64,000 nt of DNA from assembly GCA_964016885.1 (NCBI GenBank), contig OZ024752.1:1-64000 (forward strand), in the 5' to 3' direction. Positions 1 through 22,038 of this stretch are shown piece by piece. Numbering within the stretch: position 1 is the stretch's first letter; the number at the start of each line of letters is the position of its first letter. The notes under the pieces were generated by a model that did not search any database, had not been told where the DNA came from, and saw only the letters and a list, made by a program, of their open reading frames with translations. Source of the DNA: Eledone cirrhosa (lineage: Eukaryota). The translations under genes and the position numbers were made by a program.

Positions 1-239
1 AGAGGAGACTGAGGTTGGCTGGACATGCTCACCGACATCCAGAGTTGACATTGCACTCAGTGCTCCTTTGGGAGCCCCTACATGGACACACTGGAAGAGG
101 AAGACCAAGGTTAACATATGTTGATGCCCTAAGGACAGACACTGGTCTGTTGGAGACGCAGGACATGGCAGCGATAATGAGGGACAGAGACCGCTGGAGA
201 GAACTCGTCCATGGATCTCGGGAATTTTACCCGCCTTAG
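1..239 (+). mobile_element. 3' end of an RTE-clade LINE ORF (cut by window start)
   Basis: Translation [12 protein letters not shown]...[18 protein letters not shown]...[11 protein letters not shown] is the RTE C-terminal motif; runs into (TA)n. Confidence 0.75.
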
Positions 240-754
<515 letters not shown>

Positions 755-882
755 AAGTTATATTTAAAATTGTTGGGTTACAACTAGTAAATATTTATAA
801 CTGATATAAAAGCACTCGACAAATACTTGGAGTATATTTACAATATTAAATAAATGGAAAACTATATTTATAAAACCATATT

Positions 883-948
883 TATTTCATTATATATATT
901 TCGGGGATATCATATTAACAATATGCTATGCCTTCATCAGACAAAATA
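883..948 (-). ncRNA. Type-I hammerhead ribozyme motif (mirror of 1117-1182)
   Basis: Reverse complement of 1117-1182 within the palindrome. Confidence 0.7.
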
Positions 949-1116
949 CAATATAAACAGTTTTATAGATAAATATATTCGACATACCGTAATAAACATC
1001 AACTTCATTTGAAGAGGTTCACTCTAGCAGTCGACTGCTAGAGTGAACCTCTTCAAATGAAGTTGATGTTTATTACGGTATGTCGAATATATTTATCTAT
1101 AAAACTGTTTATATTG

Positions 1117-1182
1117 TATTTTGTCTGATGAAGGCATAGCATATTGTTAATATGATATCCCCGAAATATATATAATGAAATA
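1117..1182 (+). ncRNA. Minimal type-I hammerhead ribozyme motif
   Basis: Stem I TATTTTGT/ATGAAATA (2 GU pairs), CTGATGA 1125-1131, imperfect stem II around a GTT loop, GAA, loop-less palindromic stem III ATATATAT, cleavage base A1174. Confidence 0.7.
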
Positions 1183-1224
1183 AATATGGTTTTATAAATA
1201 TAGTTTTCCATTTATTTAATATTG

Positions 1225-6695
<5,471 letters not shown>

Positions 6696-6823
6696 AAGTT
6701 ATATTTAAAATTGTTGGGTTACAACTAGTAAATATTTATAACTGATATAAAAGCACTCGACAAATACTTGGAGTATATTTACAATATTAAATAAATGGAA
6801 AACTATATTTATAAAACCATATT

Positions 6824-6889
6824 TATTTCATTATATATATTTCGGGGATATCATATTAACAATATGCTATGCCTTCATCAGACAAAATA
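6824..6889 (-). ncRNA. Type-I hammerhead ribozyme motif
   Basis: Same sequence as 883-948. Confidence 0.7.
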
Positions 6890-7057
6890 CAATATAAACA
6901 GTTTTATAGATAAATATATTCGACATACCGTAATAAACATCAACTTCATTTGAAGAGGTTCACTCTAGCAGTCGACTGCTAGAGTGAACCTCTTCAAATG
7001 AAGTTGATGTTTATTACGGTATGTCGAATATATTTATCTATAAAACTGTTTATATTG

Positions 7058-7123
7058 TATTTTGTCTGATGAAGGCATAGCATATTGTTAATATGATATC
7101 CCCGAAATATATATAATGAAATA
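7058..7123 (+). ncRNA. Type-I hammerhead ribozyme motif
   Basis: Same sequence as 1117-1182. Confidence 0.7.
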
Positions 7124-7171
7124 AATATGGTTTTATAAATATAGTTTTCCATTTATATATGTATATATATA

Positions 7172-7209
<38 letters not shown>

Positions 7210-7211
7210 AC

Positions 7212-7242
<31 letters not shown>

Positions 7243-7255
7243 CATATATATATAC

Positions 7256-7357
<102 letters not shown>

Positions 7358-7386
7358 GTATATATATATATGTATATATATATATG

Positions 7387-7419
<33 letters not shown>

Positions 7420-7606
7420 GTATATATATGTATATATATATATGTATATGTATATATATGTGTATATATATGTATATATATATATATGTATATGTATATA
7501 TATGTGTATATATATATGTATATGTATATATATATATATGTATATATATGTGTATATATATATGTATTATGTATATATATATATGTATATGTATATATAT
7601 GTATAT

Positions 7607-7737
<131 letters not shown>

Positions 7738-7953
7738 AATATATATATATATGTATATATATATGTATATGTATATATGTATATATATATATGTATATAT
7801 ATATATGTATATATATGTATATATATATATGTATATATATATATGTATATGTACATATATGTATATATATATATATGTATATATATATGTATATATATAC
7901 GTATATATATACGTATATATACTACATATATATACATATACATATATATATAC

Positions 7954-7998
<45 letters not shown>

Positions 7999-8137
7999 TA
8001 ATACACATATATATATACATATATATATACATATATATATACACATATATATATACATATATATATACATATATATATACATATATATATATATATACAT
8101 ATATATATACATATATATATATACATATATATATACA

Positions 8138-10861
8138 TATCATCATCATCATCATCATCACCGTTTTACGTCCGTTCTTCCACGCTAGCATGGGTTAGAC
8201 GGGTTGTCCTGTTGTGGGCAGTGTCTGGTCGGCTGACCATGCCTTGCTCATACAGGAACTGATCTGGCTTGATTTCTACAGCTGGATGCCCTTCCTAACA
8301 ACAACCTCATTTACAGTGAGTGCTGGGTGCTTTTTCGTGGCGCCTACACGTCCACTTTACAGTGTGGGCTGGGTGCTTTTTTGCCGTGGCACCTCCACGA
8401 CCACCTTGCGGTGGGGGGGGGGGGGGCATATTGTTTATATGCTTCAGCATGTACCCATGGGAGGTCGGGTACCCTGTATTACTGCGTGACGCCAGAAGTC
8501 ACGGTCGTGTGTCATTGACTTTGAGAGGTGTAGTTGGTAAGGTCGGCTTTTATCACCTCATCCCAAGTCATCTTGGGTCTCCCCACTCCGCGGTTTCCAT
8601 CAACTTCTAGTGCTCTGCACCTTTTTATGCAGCTGTCATCCTTCATACGCATCACATGTCCATACCAGCGTAACCGCCTCTCCTGCACGCAGCATTTGAT
8701 TCCTCTTATGCTCAGTCTCTCTCTCAATTCATTTATGCTTTGTCGTTCACGTATATTACTGTTACACATCCATCGGAGCATGTTGGCTTCGTTTCTCTCT
8801 AATCTACGTAAGTCTTCCACCTTCAGCGCCCAGGTCTCACTACCATGCAACATCGCTGTTCGGATACACGCATCATACAGTCTGCCTTTCATTCTGAGGG
8901 AGAAGCCTTTTGCAGCTAGCAGTGGTAGTAGTTCCCTAAACTTCTTCCATCCCGTTCTTACCCTAGTTATTGTACTTTCTGAGCACCCACCTCCGTTGCT
9001 AATTCGGTCACCTAGGTAGCAGAAGCTGTCTACTGTTTCTACAGGGCCCTCCCAGAGATTGGTGGTACTTGTTTCCTGTGGCTGTTTGCTTGCTGTTTCA
9101 GCACAGCTGCTGCATGTGAATCCTACATTCTTAATTAAGCTTCCTGAGATCCCGCTACATCTCTTGTGTACCCATTGTTTGCATTTGGGGCAAAGAATGG
9201 AGTTCCTACCTACACCTTTCCTACATACTGAGCAAGGCCATTTCCCTGAGGGGATCTGGGTTCTGTTTTCTCGTCTACTTATAAGGACCTTAGTCTTTGT
9301 CATGTTGACTTTGAGGCCCTTTCTCTCTAGTCCCTGCTTCCAGGTTTGGAATTTATTCTCTAGTTCTACCATAGATTCAGCTATGAGTGCGAGGTCATCA
9401 GCATACAGGAGTTCCCATGGGCATCCGGTCTTAAACTCCTCCGTTATTGCCTGCAGGACTATGATGAACAGGGATGAACAGGAGAGGGCTAAGAACAGAG
9501 CCCTGGTGGACCCCAACCTGTACGCTAAATTCCTCGCTATACTCATTGCCAATCCTAACTTTGCTGACTGCTCCCCTATACATGGCTTGTACCGCTTTCA
9601 CAAGCCATTCATCTACTCCTAGTTTTCTAAGAGCCCACCAGATTACTGCACGTGGAACTCTGTCAAAGGCTTTCTCAAGGTCGACAAATGCCAAGTAGAG
9701 TGGCTTACTTTTAGCTAGGTACTTTTCCTGTAATTGCCTCACAAGGAAGAGCGCATCAGTGGTGCCTTTCCCTGGAACAAACCCAAATTGCATCTCGTCT
9801 ATATTCACCCGGTCCCTAATCAGCTGTGCTATAACTCTTTCTGTTACTTTCATGACCTGGTCCATCAACTTTATACCTCTATAGTTTCCTCTATCTAGTG
9901 CATCGCCTTTACCTTTGTAGCAGTTGACAATGATGCTACTGCACCAATCTTTTGGTATGGCCCCCTCTAGTATTACCTGGTTAACGATACGTGTGGTTAT
10001 AGTGTGACCTACAGACCCAGATGCCTTCAGCATCTCGGCAGCTATACCCGATGGACCGGTTGCCTTCCCTATCTTCATATCTCTGATTGCCTTACTTACT
10101 ACGCTGCCGCTGACTTGTACTGCTGGTCCCTCTATAGGGTCTACGTGGGGTAGGGTCTCTTCTTCCCATGCATTCTCCTCATTTAGTAATCTATCATAAT
10201 GACTCTTCCATGCATCTTTCTTCTCAGCACTTGTGAGGGCAAGCTCACCTTTATCATTCCGGATACACTTCTCTCCAATGACATCACAACTATCTCTGAC
10301 ACACTGCCTCGCAATCTTGAATACCTCCTGTTTCTGGTCCTCACGTTGTAAAACATGCTTGAATTTTCTATCCTCTGCTTCCCTCCTAGCTAAGTATACT
10401 TGTCGCCTAGCTTCCCTCTTGGTCTCTATGTAATGTACCCTGCTCCCCCCGTTCTTCCATTCTTTCCATGCCTGTCTCTTGGCCTTGACTGCTTCATCTA
10501 CCTTATTGTTCCACCACCAAGTCACTCTCCTCCTGCTTGAGGTCTTACTCCAGCCACAAACCTCATCCGTCGCCTCTAGTAAGTTATTTTTTAGGAACTC
10601 CCAGTTCTCTTCTACGTTAAATGTCTCTATCTGTTCTTCTTTACTGTCGTAGGCGTTGAGTAAAATATCTTTAAATCTGTTACTGGTTGAGGGGACTTTC
10701 AGCTTCCAGATCTTTCTTCTGCAGGTTGGCCTCTGTTTCAGGGCTCGTCTAGTTCTGACCGTGAGGTCGCTGACAACTAAGCTATGTTGGGATGTACATT
10801 CCTCACTAGGGAAGGCTTTTGTGTTTACGACCGTCCATCTGTCACGTCCTCTGATGAGGAT
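8138..10861 (-). mobile_element. 5'-truncated RTE-clade LINE (end of APE endonuclease, full RT, 3'UTR, (TGA)n tail); one frameshift
   Basis: ORFs 9431-~10860 and 8512-9552: SQHSLV (APE end), [47 protein letters not shown]; 10-bp tandem duplication GATGAACAGG at 9463-9482 shifts the frame. Confidence 0.95.
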
Positions 10862-11945
<1,084 letters not shown>

Positions 11946-11951
<6 letters not shown>

Positions 11952-12263
11952 CTAAATCGCAACTCATAACAACAATACGGCACAATTATTTCACCTCAAT
12001 CGGCCCTGCTCTCTTCAACATCACACCAGGACACGTCAAAACAGAAACTGACCACACAAAATTCAAGAAGTCTTTGGACAAATTCCTCCAAGTAATCCCG
12101 GACAAACCACCCACACCCGGATATGTCTCCGCAAACAGTAATTCTCTTCTCGAATGGGCCATGGTGCCCAAATCCTGAATTGAAAGACTTCGCCAGGTGG
12201 TGCTATTAAGTTAGACATGGCCTGGGCCAATACTGGCCAAAACATTTCAAAGTTATTCAAAGT

Positions 12264-12264
<1 letters not shown>
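11946..12264 (+). mobile_element. CR1-like LINE 3' end, copy 2
   Basis: Near-identical to 4331-4648 (one substitution seen, AACATTACA vs AACATCACA). Confidence 0.7.
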
Positions 12265-12310
<46 letters not shown>

Positions 12311-12311
12311 G

Positions 12312-12496
<185 letters not shown>

Positions 12497-12499
12497 GTA

Positions 12500-12789
<290 letters not shown>

Positions 12790-12795
12790 ATATAA

Positions 12796-12988
<193 letters not shown>

Positions 12989-12996
12989 CATATATG

Positions 12997-13130
<134 letters not shown>

Positions 13131-13134
13131 TATA

Positions 13135-13737
13135 TACCAACATAGACATACCTTCCGAAACCCGGCCGGCGTCACACCCCTACACTTTCGGGCCACATAT
13201 GGGACCTCAAGGACAACAACATCACCTATTATCTCACTTGGAGATTACTGTCCAGAGCCAATCCTTACACGGGAGGACGCCGTCCGTGCAATTTATGCTC
13301 GGAGGAAACTTTACAAATGCTGTTTTCGACGGACCAACTCCTAAACAAGAAAGATGAACTGGTTACTGCATGTAAACATAGATTGCGTAGGACTTACCTC
13401 GCCCTCAAACCCCATAATGACCCGGGGGGGTAGACTAGGGCTATAACACCCCACTTGCCGATTTTGCAATGGGTAACCCCTGCTTGCCAAGGGAGACGTA
13501 AGATCTTCTTTGTATTCTTTTATCGCTTCCTTTATTTCCTTCCTTCCCCCCCTCTCCTTAGTCCTTCTACCCCAGCTCTTCTCCTTTGTCTTTTCTCGCC
13601 CACCCGAGGCTGCCCTTTGGCCCCTTGTAGCCTTAGTACACCCAAACCCTCCCTAGTCTAGGATAGATTTGGCGGACTCTATAGTGAAAGAGTGAAGAAT
13701 AATATGGTCGGCTGTACAAAAAGGGCTTTTATTTACA

Positions 13738-13740
<3 letters not shown>
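13135..13740 (+). mobile_element. Penelope-like element 3' fragment (GIY-YIG endonuclease C-terminus plus downstream non-coding sequence)
   Basis: Manual translation with one frameshift: [10 protein letters not shown]/..[42 protein letters not shown]...[14 protein letters not shown], typical of PLE endonuclease ends; this frame is not in the ORF track. Confidence 0.75.
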
Positions 13741-13776
<36 letters not shown>

Positions 13777-13852
13777 GTGTGTGAGAGTCTCGGGTTCAAT
13801 GGGGGTAACCACAGTTAGTAAGGTACTCAATACATTAAGAGTGTAACCCCCT

Positions 13853-13955
<103 letters not shown>

Positions 13956-14137
13956 AGAAATAATTGATCAGATAAGATACCGAGACTCAGTGTAACTCTA
14001 TCACTACTCTATCGGTTGTCTTCTCACTATATCTCATCAACATTTCGTCTTCTCTATTTCACTATCAGAATTTAGACAAGATTTTGATAAGATGTGATAT
14101 TATTAGCTTCCGTAGACACACGCTCACATAAACACAT

Positions 14138-15321
<1,184 letters not shown>

Positions 15322-15322
<1 letters not shown>

Positions 15323-15640
15323 CAGTATTTTCCGTTGTGTTGTAATATAAATATTACATAATCACACACAAGAAGAAACTGCTGAATAACAGAATTGAAC
15401 GAACATTATTCTGCCGTCACAGAACTAAAACCCTTTTTTCCCACTACAAGCCGAATATTACATAAAAGAGGGACATCCCCCAACTATATAAACCTTAATC
15501 TAGTTAGAAAAATATAAAAACAATCTCTTCTCAACATATATTAATAACCTTAAATTACCATACTAATAATGAAAAGATATGCTGATGAGAATAGGTACAA
15601 ATATGCGATAATGAATGTGTCTAAAAACGTCCATAAGTAT
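15322..15640 (+). mobile_element. Penelope-like 3' fragment with degenerate HHR
   Basis: [25 protein letters not shown] resembles the PLE endonuclease end; HHR-like TATG-CTGATGA...AAAAC-GTC-CATA at 15578-15635 (GAAA read as AAAA). Confidence 0.6.
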
Positions 15641-15786
15641 GTATATATATGTGAAAATGTATATAAATAAGTAAATATATATATATGTTTGATGTGTATA
15701 GTTAGATGTAAGTGTATTCATGTATTAAAGTGCTTATATATATATATATATGTATATGTGTGTATGTGTATGTTTGTGTATGTATG

Positions 15787-15846
<60 letters not shown>

Positions 15847-16443
15847 TATATGTATATGTATATATGTATGTATATATGTGTATGTATATATGTGTATATG
15901 GATGTGTATGTATGTGTATGTGTGTACACATGGACTAGAGTATGTATGTATGTATGTGTGTGTCTATACGTGTGTATATAAAGATAAGTTGAGTATGAAA
16001 ATGTATACACATGAGCGCGTATGTATGTACATGAATACATGTGTGTATATATATGTGTATGCATGTGTATATATATGTAAGTATGAATATGTGAATTGTG
16101 TGTATATGTATTTTGTAGAGGTGTGCAAATATATTTGTGTGTGAATACGTGGGTGAAAGGATACGTACACTTGAAAGAAAAATTTAAGTCTGAATGTTAA
16201 TTAAGTGCAAACACAAAACCAACCACGCATATCTTCACTATCTCTAATCCTTCTATAGATTTAGAAAAATAACCAATAATATATTCTATAAAAAATGTCA
16301 AAACAACAGATGTGAATCTAATTACTCACTGCCACCAAGAATTCTCACTGCTATTGAAAAACCACTCCTTCAACTATTCTTCTAACAACTTCACCCCTCC
16401 CTCCTAATATTCTCTATAAAAACTAAATAGGTCCTCAGTAATA

Positions 16444-16560
16444 TTATTCTGATGAAATGACAGTAAATAATAACATTGAAATATTGAATGTCTGCATAAC
16501 TAAAAGTTTGTAGATAGCTGTTTTAGGTTATGTAACTGTTATAGAAACACGTGTCAATAA
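16444..16560 (+). ncRNA. Type-I hammerhead ribozyme motif with extended stem II
   Basis: TTATT-CTGATGA-A-ATGACAGT...ACTGTTAT-A-GAA-ACACGTGT-C-AATAA: perfect stem I, palindromic stem III, GUC cleavage triplet. Confidence 0.75.
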
Positions 16561-16622
16561 ATTCCTTTCAACTAAACTGTATCCATTCAAATCTTTCTAT
16601 TTATATATATATATATATATTT

Positions 16623-16970
16623 ATCATCATCATCATCATCATTGCATTTTACGTCCGCTTTTTCCCTGCTTGCAAGGGTGGGACGGGAACTGATTGTAGC
16701 TTGATTTCTACAGCTGGATGCCCTTCCTAACACCAACCTCATTTACAGTGAGTGCTGGGTGCTTTTTTGCCGTGACACCTCCACGACCACTTTGCAGTGG
16801 AATGATAGGCACCTCAGTCCCTAGCATCTCATTTCTACAGCTGAGTAAACTGGAGCAATGTGAAATAAAGTGTCTTGCTCAAGGAAACAACACATCACCC
16901 GGTCTGAGAATTGAACTCACAACCTCTCGATTGCAAGGCCAATGCTCTAACCACTAAGCCATATGCCTCC
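16623..16970 (-). mobile_element. Full-length tRNA-derived SINE with RTE-type 3' tail
   Basis: Minus strand: box A TGGCTTAGTGG, box B GAGTTCAATTC, core CCTTGAGCAAGACACTTTATTTCAC; 3' part matches the RTE 3'UTR at 8140-8410; (TGA)n tail. Confidence 0.85.
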
Positions 16971-16981
16971 ATATGTATATT

Positions 16982-17031
<50 letters not shown>

Positions 17032-17069
17032 TATATATATATCTATATATATATATAAATATATATTTA

Positions 17070-17122
<53 letters not shown>

Positions 17123-17647
17123 GAAGGTATGCATGCCTATACATATTGTTATATTCATATATATGAAAATATATACACACGCACTGAGAGACACACGCAC
17201 ACACACACATAATATATATATATATATATATTTAAAAGAATAGAGGTGTAACACACGAGTTGTGATATATTGGTAAAAGGAAAAGAAAATGCTGACAAAT
17301 TGTTCCCAGTGAAAAATAGTTTAATTAGGAATAAGTAAAAATTAGTAATAGTATTAGTTTTGCAAAATACTCTATATATACATTCATATTTATTTAATAC
17401 AGCGAAGGTCATATGCAGTTGTATGTAAGTTTATTTCCATACTGAGTCTCTGGGGTCGTTGACAAGGAAGTGTTCTTCCTACACAACGCTCCCGGCCCGA
17501 GGTCGTCAGATGGTATAAAAGTTTATGCTTTGTAATATTCCATGCATGAAATTATTGTAACTGGTTCTCTGGATTTTATTTTGGAAAATGTTTGCTCTAC
17601 GTCATTGTTGCTTGTATCAAGGGTTTCTGATATTGCCAATCCACCAA

Positions 17648-17860
17648 TCAATATATAGGCACAAGGCCAGTAATTTGGGGGGAGAGGAAAGTCGATCAAA
17701 TCGACCCCAGTGCATGACTGGTACTTTATTTTATCGACCCCGTAAGGATGAAAGGCAAAGTTAACCTTGGCGGGATTTGAACTCAGACCATAAAGAGCCG
17801 TAACTCTTTGCTGCAAAGCATGGCGTCCGATCCTCTACCGATACTGCCAACCCACCGCCT
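17648..17860 (-). mobile_element. tRNA-like SINE (GGGGTCGATAAAATAAAGTACCAG family)
   Basis: Reverse complement of the full copy at 37096-37315; box B GAGTTCAAATCC; partial + copy at 17897-18002. Confidence 0.8.
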
Positions 17861-18043
17861 AATTTTATACATTACATACATACATTATATATATAATCCC
17901 GCCGAGGTCAACTTTGCCTTTCATCCTTACGGGGTCGATAAAATAAAGTACCAGTAATGCACTGGGTAATTGCTGGCCTTGTGTAAAAAAGTAGAAACAA
18001 TTATATATATATCTATATATATATATCTATATCTATCTATCTA

Positions 18044-18075
<32 letters not shown>

Positions 18076-18360
18076 GATTATATTACTGCTCTGTAAAACA
18101 CCTGATGTTCTTACATTGAGCTATTTCTCTTACTGGTAATAAGGTAGTAATAAATTACTGACCTTCCCTGTTTATAGTTGTTTAAAGTATAGTATATACA
18201 TAACTATAAATAGTATCTTTAATATATATATATATATAATGTATGTATGTAACCTGGAGTTGCGACCGATAGATTGTATTAGCAATTGGAAAGACTAATG
18301 GAAACATTGTTTCCTCGATCCGATTTGATGAAAGTCGATCGACTGTCGATATATATGTAC

Positions 18361-18391
<31 letters not shown>

Positions 18392-18711
18392 ACCCAACAC
18401 ATATATATATGTATATTTGCATTATACCACCAAATTTATTTAGCAAATTACTAATGTATTTATGTATGTTCTTCTGGTTATATAATTTCACAAATTTTTT
18501 CCCAATAGAGAGAGTCGGTTTCTAACATAGACACAAGACTCTCACATTGGAATTTACACAACATCAACTAGGTAGATATGTATGCATGTCTGCATGCATG
18601 CATGTGTAGATATGGATGTTATTGTATGTGTGGGTGTGGATGTTTTGAGTTGTATGTGTGCATGTGTATATGCTTAGTATCTGTACATGTGTATATGCAG
18701 TTATAGATGCA

Positions 18712-18793
18712 ACATTTTTGGAATGTTTTACATATTTTTACTGTTCCATTAATGGATTGTACTTGTAATTTCCTAACTAGTTGTGTTCTTTCA
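18712..18793 (-). mobile_element. Short 3' remnant of an RLE (R4/Dong-like) LINE next to (TATG)n
   Basis: LVRKLQVQSINGTVKICKTF resembles LQVAAIAGTFKICKTF of 61183-61986. Confidence 0.55.
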
Positions 18794-19017
18794 TGTATGT
18801 ATGTATGTATGTATGTATGTATGTATGTATGTATGTATGTATGCGTGGGTGCGTGGATGAATCTATGTACGAATGCATAAAGGTGTGTATGTGCGCATGT
18901 ATGTATGTAGTATGTATGAATGTATGTACGAATGCATGTCTGTATGAATGCATCTATGCATATATGCATGTATATATATATATATGTATATATATATATA
19001 CACACACACACATAAAT

Positions 19018-19048
<31 letters not shown>

Positions 19049-19325
19049 CGCATATATATATACATATATATATATATACATATATATATACGCATATATA
19101 TATATAAATATATACATATATATATATATACATATATATATACGCATATATATATATAAATATACATATATATATGTGTGTGTGTGTGTGTGTCAGTGTA
19201 TGCGTGGGTTAAGGGAGATGTAACTGAACCTATTGCTGAAGTATACATTTACAGAACTCAATGATTTTAATTAAAATCTATTTGCAGTGCATATAGTGTG
19301 ATTGGAGATGGAGAAAATCAAAATA

Positions 19326-19400
<75 letters not shown>

Positions 19401-19594
19401 TTGTCTCTCTCCCCACTCTATCCATCCATCCATCCACCCATCTATCTGTCTATCTATCTATCTATTTATCTCCCTCTTACTCTCGCTTGTATATAGGTAT
19501 GTGTGTACGTAAACGGATGCAATAATGCAAACAACACAGTACATTGAAGACATATATTAGTTTTAACGCTTAATATAGTAGGGAAAATATTGTT

Positions 19595-19622
19595 TACGTT
19601 TCGGACACTAGTCCTTCATCAG
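19595..19622 (-). ncRNA. HHR core (stem I degenerate)
   Basis: CTGATGA-A-GGAC-TAGT-GTCC-GAA-ACGT-A; related cores at 32121-32149 (+) and truncated at ~22272-22286 (-). Confidence 0.5.
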
Positions 19623-20103
19623 AAGATAGAATTAGATACACATTTTTAAAAGGTGGGGATGGGAGGGAGGGGGGGGGATACGGAAACAAATTACGGATAT
19701 CTCACCTACTTTTGTATTGACCAGTTTCCGCTACAGTGAGCTTTTCAAAGTATAATTTTCCAGCTTATATTTGTGCTGGTGTCGTGTATTAAGAAAAAAA
19801 AAATTGTTGTTTTATGTCAGTTACATTCTTTGTAATATATCTTTGCTTATGTTGTCCCGACAAGGGACGCAACCATAGCTCCAATGGTCACTTGATGAAA
19901 TGTGGTATGTTAGTTGAAGCACCACATCGTTTGTATTTATTTAATACATTTACTTACTGATATTTTGCTGCGCTGTTGTGGAATCTTCTGCAATAAGGAA
20001 ATATTATATGTTAATTACAATTAATCATAATACGCATTTCCATATCACAATGCATAATTACATTATAGATAATTGGTAATTTATGTATGTATGTACATGC
20101 AGC

Positions 20104-20168
<65 letters not shown>

Positions 20169-20288
20169 TATATATAAGTACTCACATACGCACAAACACA
20201 TACTTACACACATATATATATAATATATATATACACTATATATATATATATATATATATAAATATATATATATATACATATATATATA

Positions 20289-20897
20289 TGGTGGCTGCCA
20301 ACTCGTTTTCGAGTACGGCCACTACTTTATATCCATGTAGGAGAACCCCTACCGATGCGCTGAACGAGTGTGACTTTTTAGTCCAGCCAGCGACTTGAAA
20401 ACTCTGGTACAAACACTACACTTGTGACAATTACTGACACATAGTGCTGGGCCCATGGTACCATGTGACGACAAGTGCAGAGAGATCTCCAGATATAAAG
20501 CAATGCCTGTGCCGTGAAGCTTTTATAGTGAGCAAAGGCACTGCACAAAGCCAATCCCACTCTCTTAACCAAGATGATATTTACCAAAAAGAAGAACAAG
20601 TCAACATCATTGGATACCATCAGGGTTGCAGGTGTTATATCAGAGTTTTCCTTCTCCTAGAATTCTGCCTTGACAAAGGCTAAGGGGTCATCTCTCCCGG
20701 TGATTTTGGATGGCCATTGACTCTTAAGAGCTCCTTTGCCCTTTGACAGGTTTTGTTTTTAGTCCTGCAGGATGTCCAAAGTCACCCTCCTCACCAAGAA
20801 ACCTTGGTGGGGTTGCCAGTTTAGTCGCCAACGACCCGACCATGGGACAGGTTGTACTGGGATACATGTTACCAGTAGCACCAACTGGTGACCTGAC
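20289..20897 (-). mobile_element. Non-autonomous bipartite RTE derivative (~610 bp)
   Basis: Near-identical inverted copy at 62867-63476; RTE-5'UTR-like AGGAGAAGGAAAACTCTGA joined to a 3' end encoding CSVCTRVFKSLAGLKSHTRSAH. Confidence 0.65.
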
Positions 20898-20955
20898 ATA
20901 AATATATATATATACACATTTATATACATACATACATATAATATATATATTATAT

Positions 20956-21028
<73 letters not shown>

Positions 21029-21041
21029 GGTATATGCATAC

Positions 21042-21077
<36 letters not shown>

Positions 21078-21276
21078 GCATATATATATATATATATATA
21101 TATAGATATAGATAGGTAAATATACACGGGTGTGTATGATTGTGTATAGAAGATTATATTAATAAGAGGAATTCCAACTTTGTCTGATTTACTCGTTTTA
21201 TTTACAATCCTTTAAAATATATATAATGGTATTATAATGAAATAGTATGATAGAATATTAAATTCTAAGTGTTAAT

Positions 21277-21315
21277 TGAACAAGTACTTTCATGCTTTCG
21301 CAATCTTCAGGTTCA
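21277..21315 (-). ncRNA. Minimal type-I hammerhead ribozyme motif
   Basis: Mirror of 21886-21924. Confidence 0.75.
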
Positions 21316-21885
21316 TGATAATGAGATGGGTAAATTTCCTACCTTTTATACATTTTATACAGAGAAAAGTGGCTCCAGAATGCAAAGCCCTGTAAACTGT
21401 ATTTCGACCAATCAGTGTGTAGTTTCACTGAATTACTACAGCTGATTGGTTTAAGCGTCACGGCTGGTTGAGCATGCTAACGTCCAATAGTCATATCCAA
21501 CGTATCAATTGTTTTGCTTTTTTGAAATGATGAAAATAGCATTTTCTATTAATCATCACCATCAACATCACTTTTATTATTATTATTATCGTTGTTGTTG
21601 TTGTTGTTAGTGATTAATAGAAAATGCTATTTTCATCATTTCAAAAAAGCAAAACAATTGATACGTTGGATATGACTATTGGACGTTAGCATGCTCAACC
21701 AGCCGTGACGCTTAAACCAATCAGCTGTAGTAATTCAGTGAAACTACACACTGATTGGTCGAAATACAGTTTACAGGGCTTTGCATTCTGGAGCCACTTT
21801 TCTCTGTATAAAATGTATAAAAGGTAGGAAATTTACCCATCTCATTACAGTTGAAAATTGCAAACTCGACTGTCACCACATATCA

Positions 21886-21924
21886 TGAACCTGAAGATTG
21901 CGAAAGCATGAAAGTACTTGTTCA
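21886..21924 (+). ncRNA. Minimal type-I hammerhead ribozyme motif (39 nt)
   Basis: TGAAC-CTGAAGA-T-TGC-GAAA-GCA-T-GAA-AGTACT-T-GTTCA: perfect stem I, GNRA-capped stem II, palindromic stem III. Confidence 0.75.
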
Positions 21925-22038
21925 ATTAACACTTAGAATTTAATATTCTATCATACTATTTCATTATAATACCATTATATATATTTTAAAGGATTGTAAA
22001 TAAAACGAGTAAATCAGACAAAGTTGGAATTCCTCTTA

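Noticed and set aside
10854-10860. CTGATGA at the RTE 5' junction
   Set aside because: Antisense RTE coding sequence; no stem II or GAAA follows
13453-13503. Possible HHR downstream of the PLE endonuclease fragment
   Set aside because: Neither CUGANGA nor GAAA is intact (GCCGATT...GAGACGTA)
16880-16970. tRNA gene
   Set aside because: Box A and B present but no complete cloverleaf; continues into SINE body
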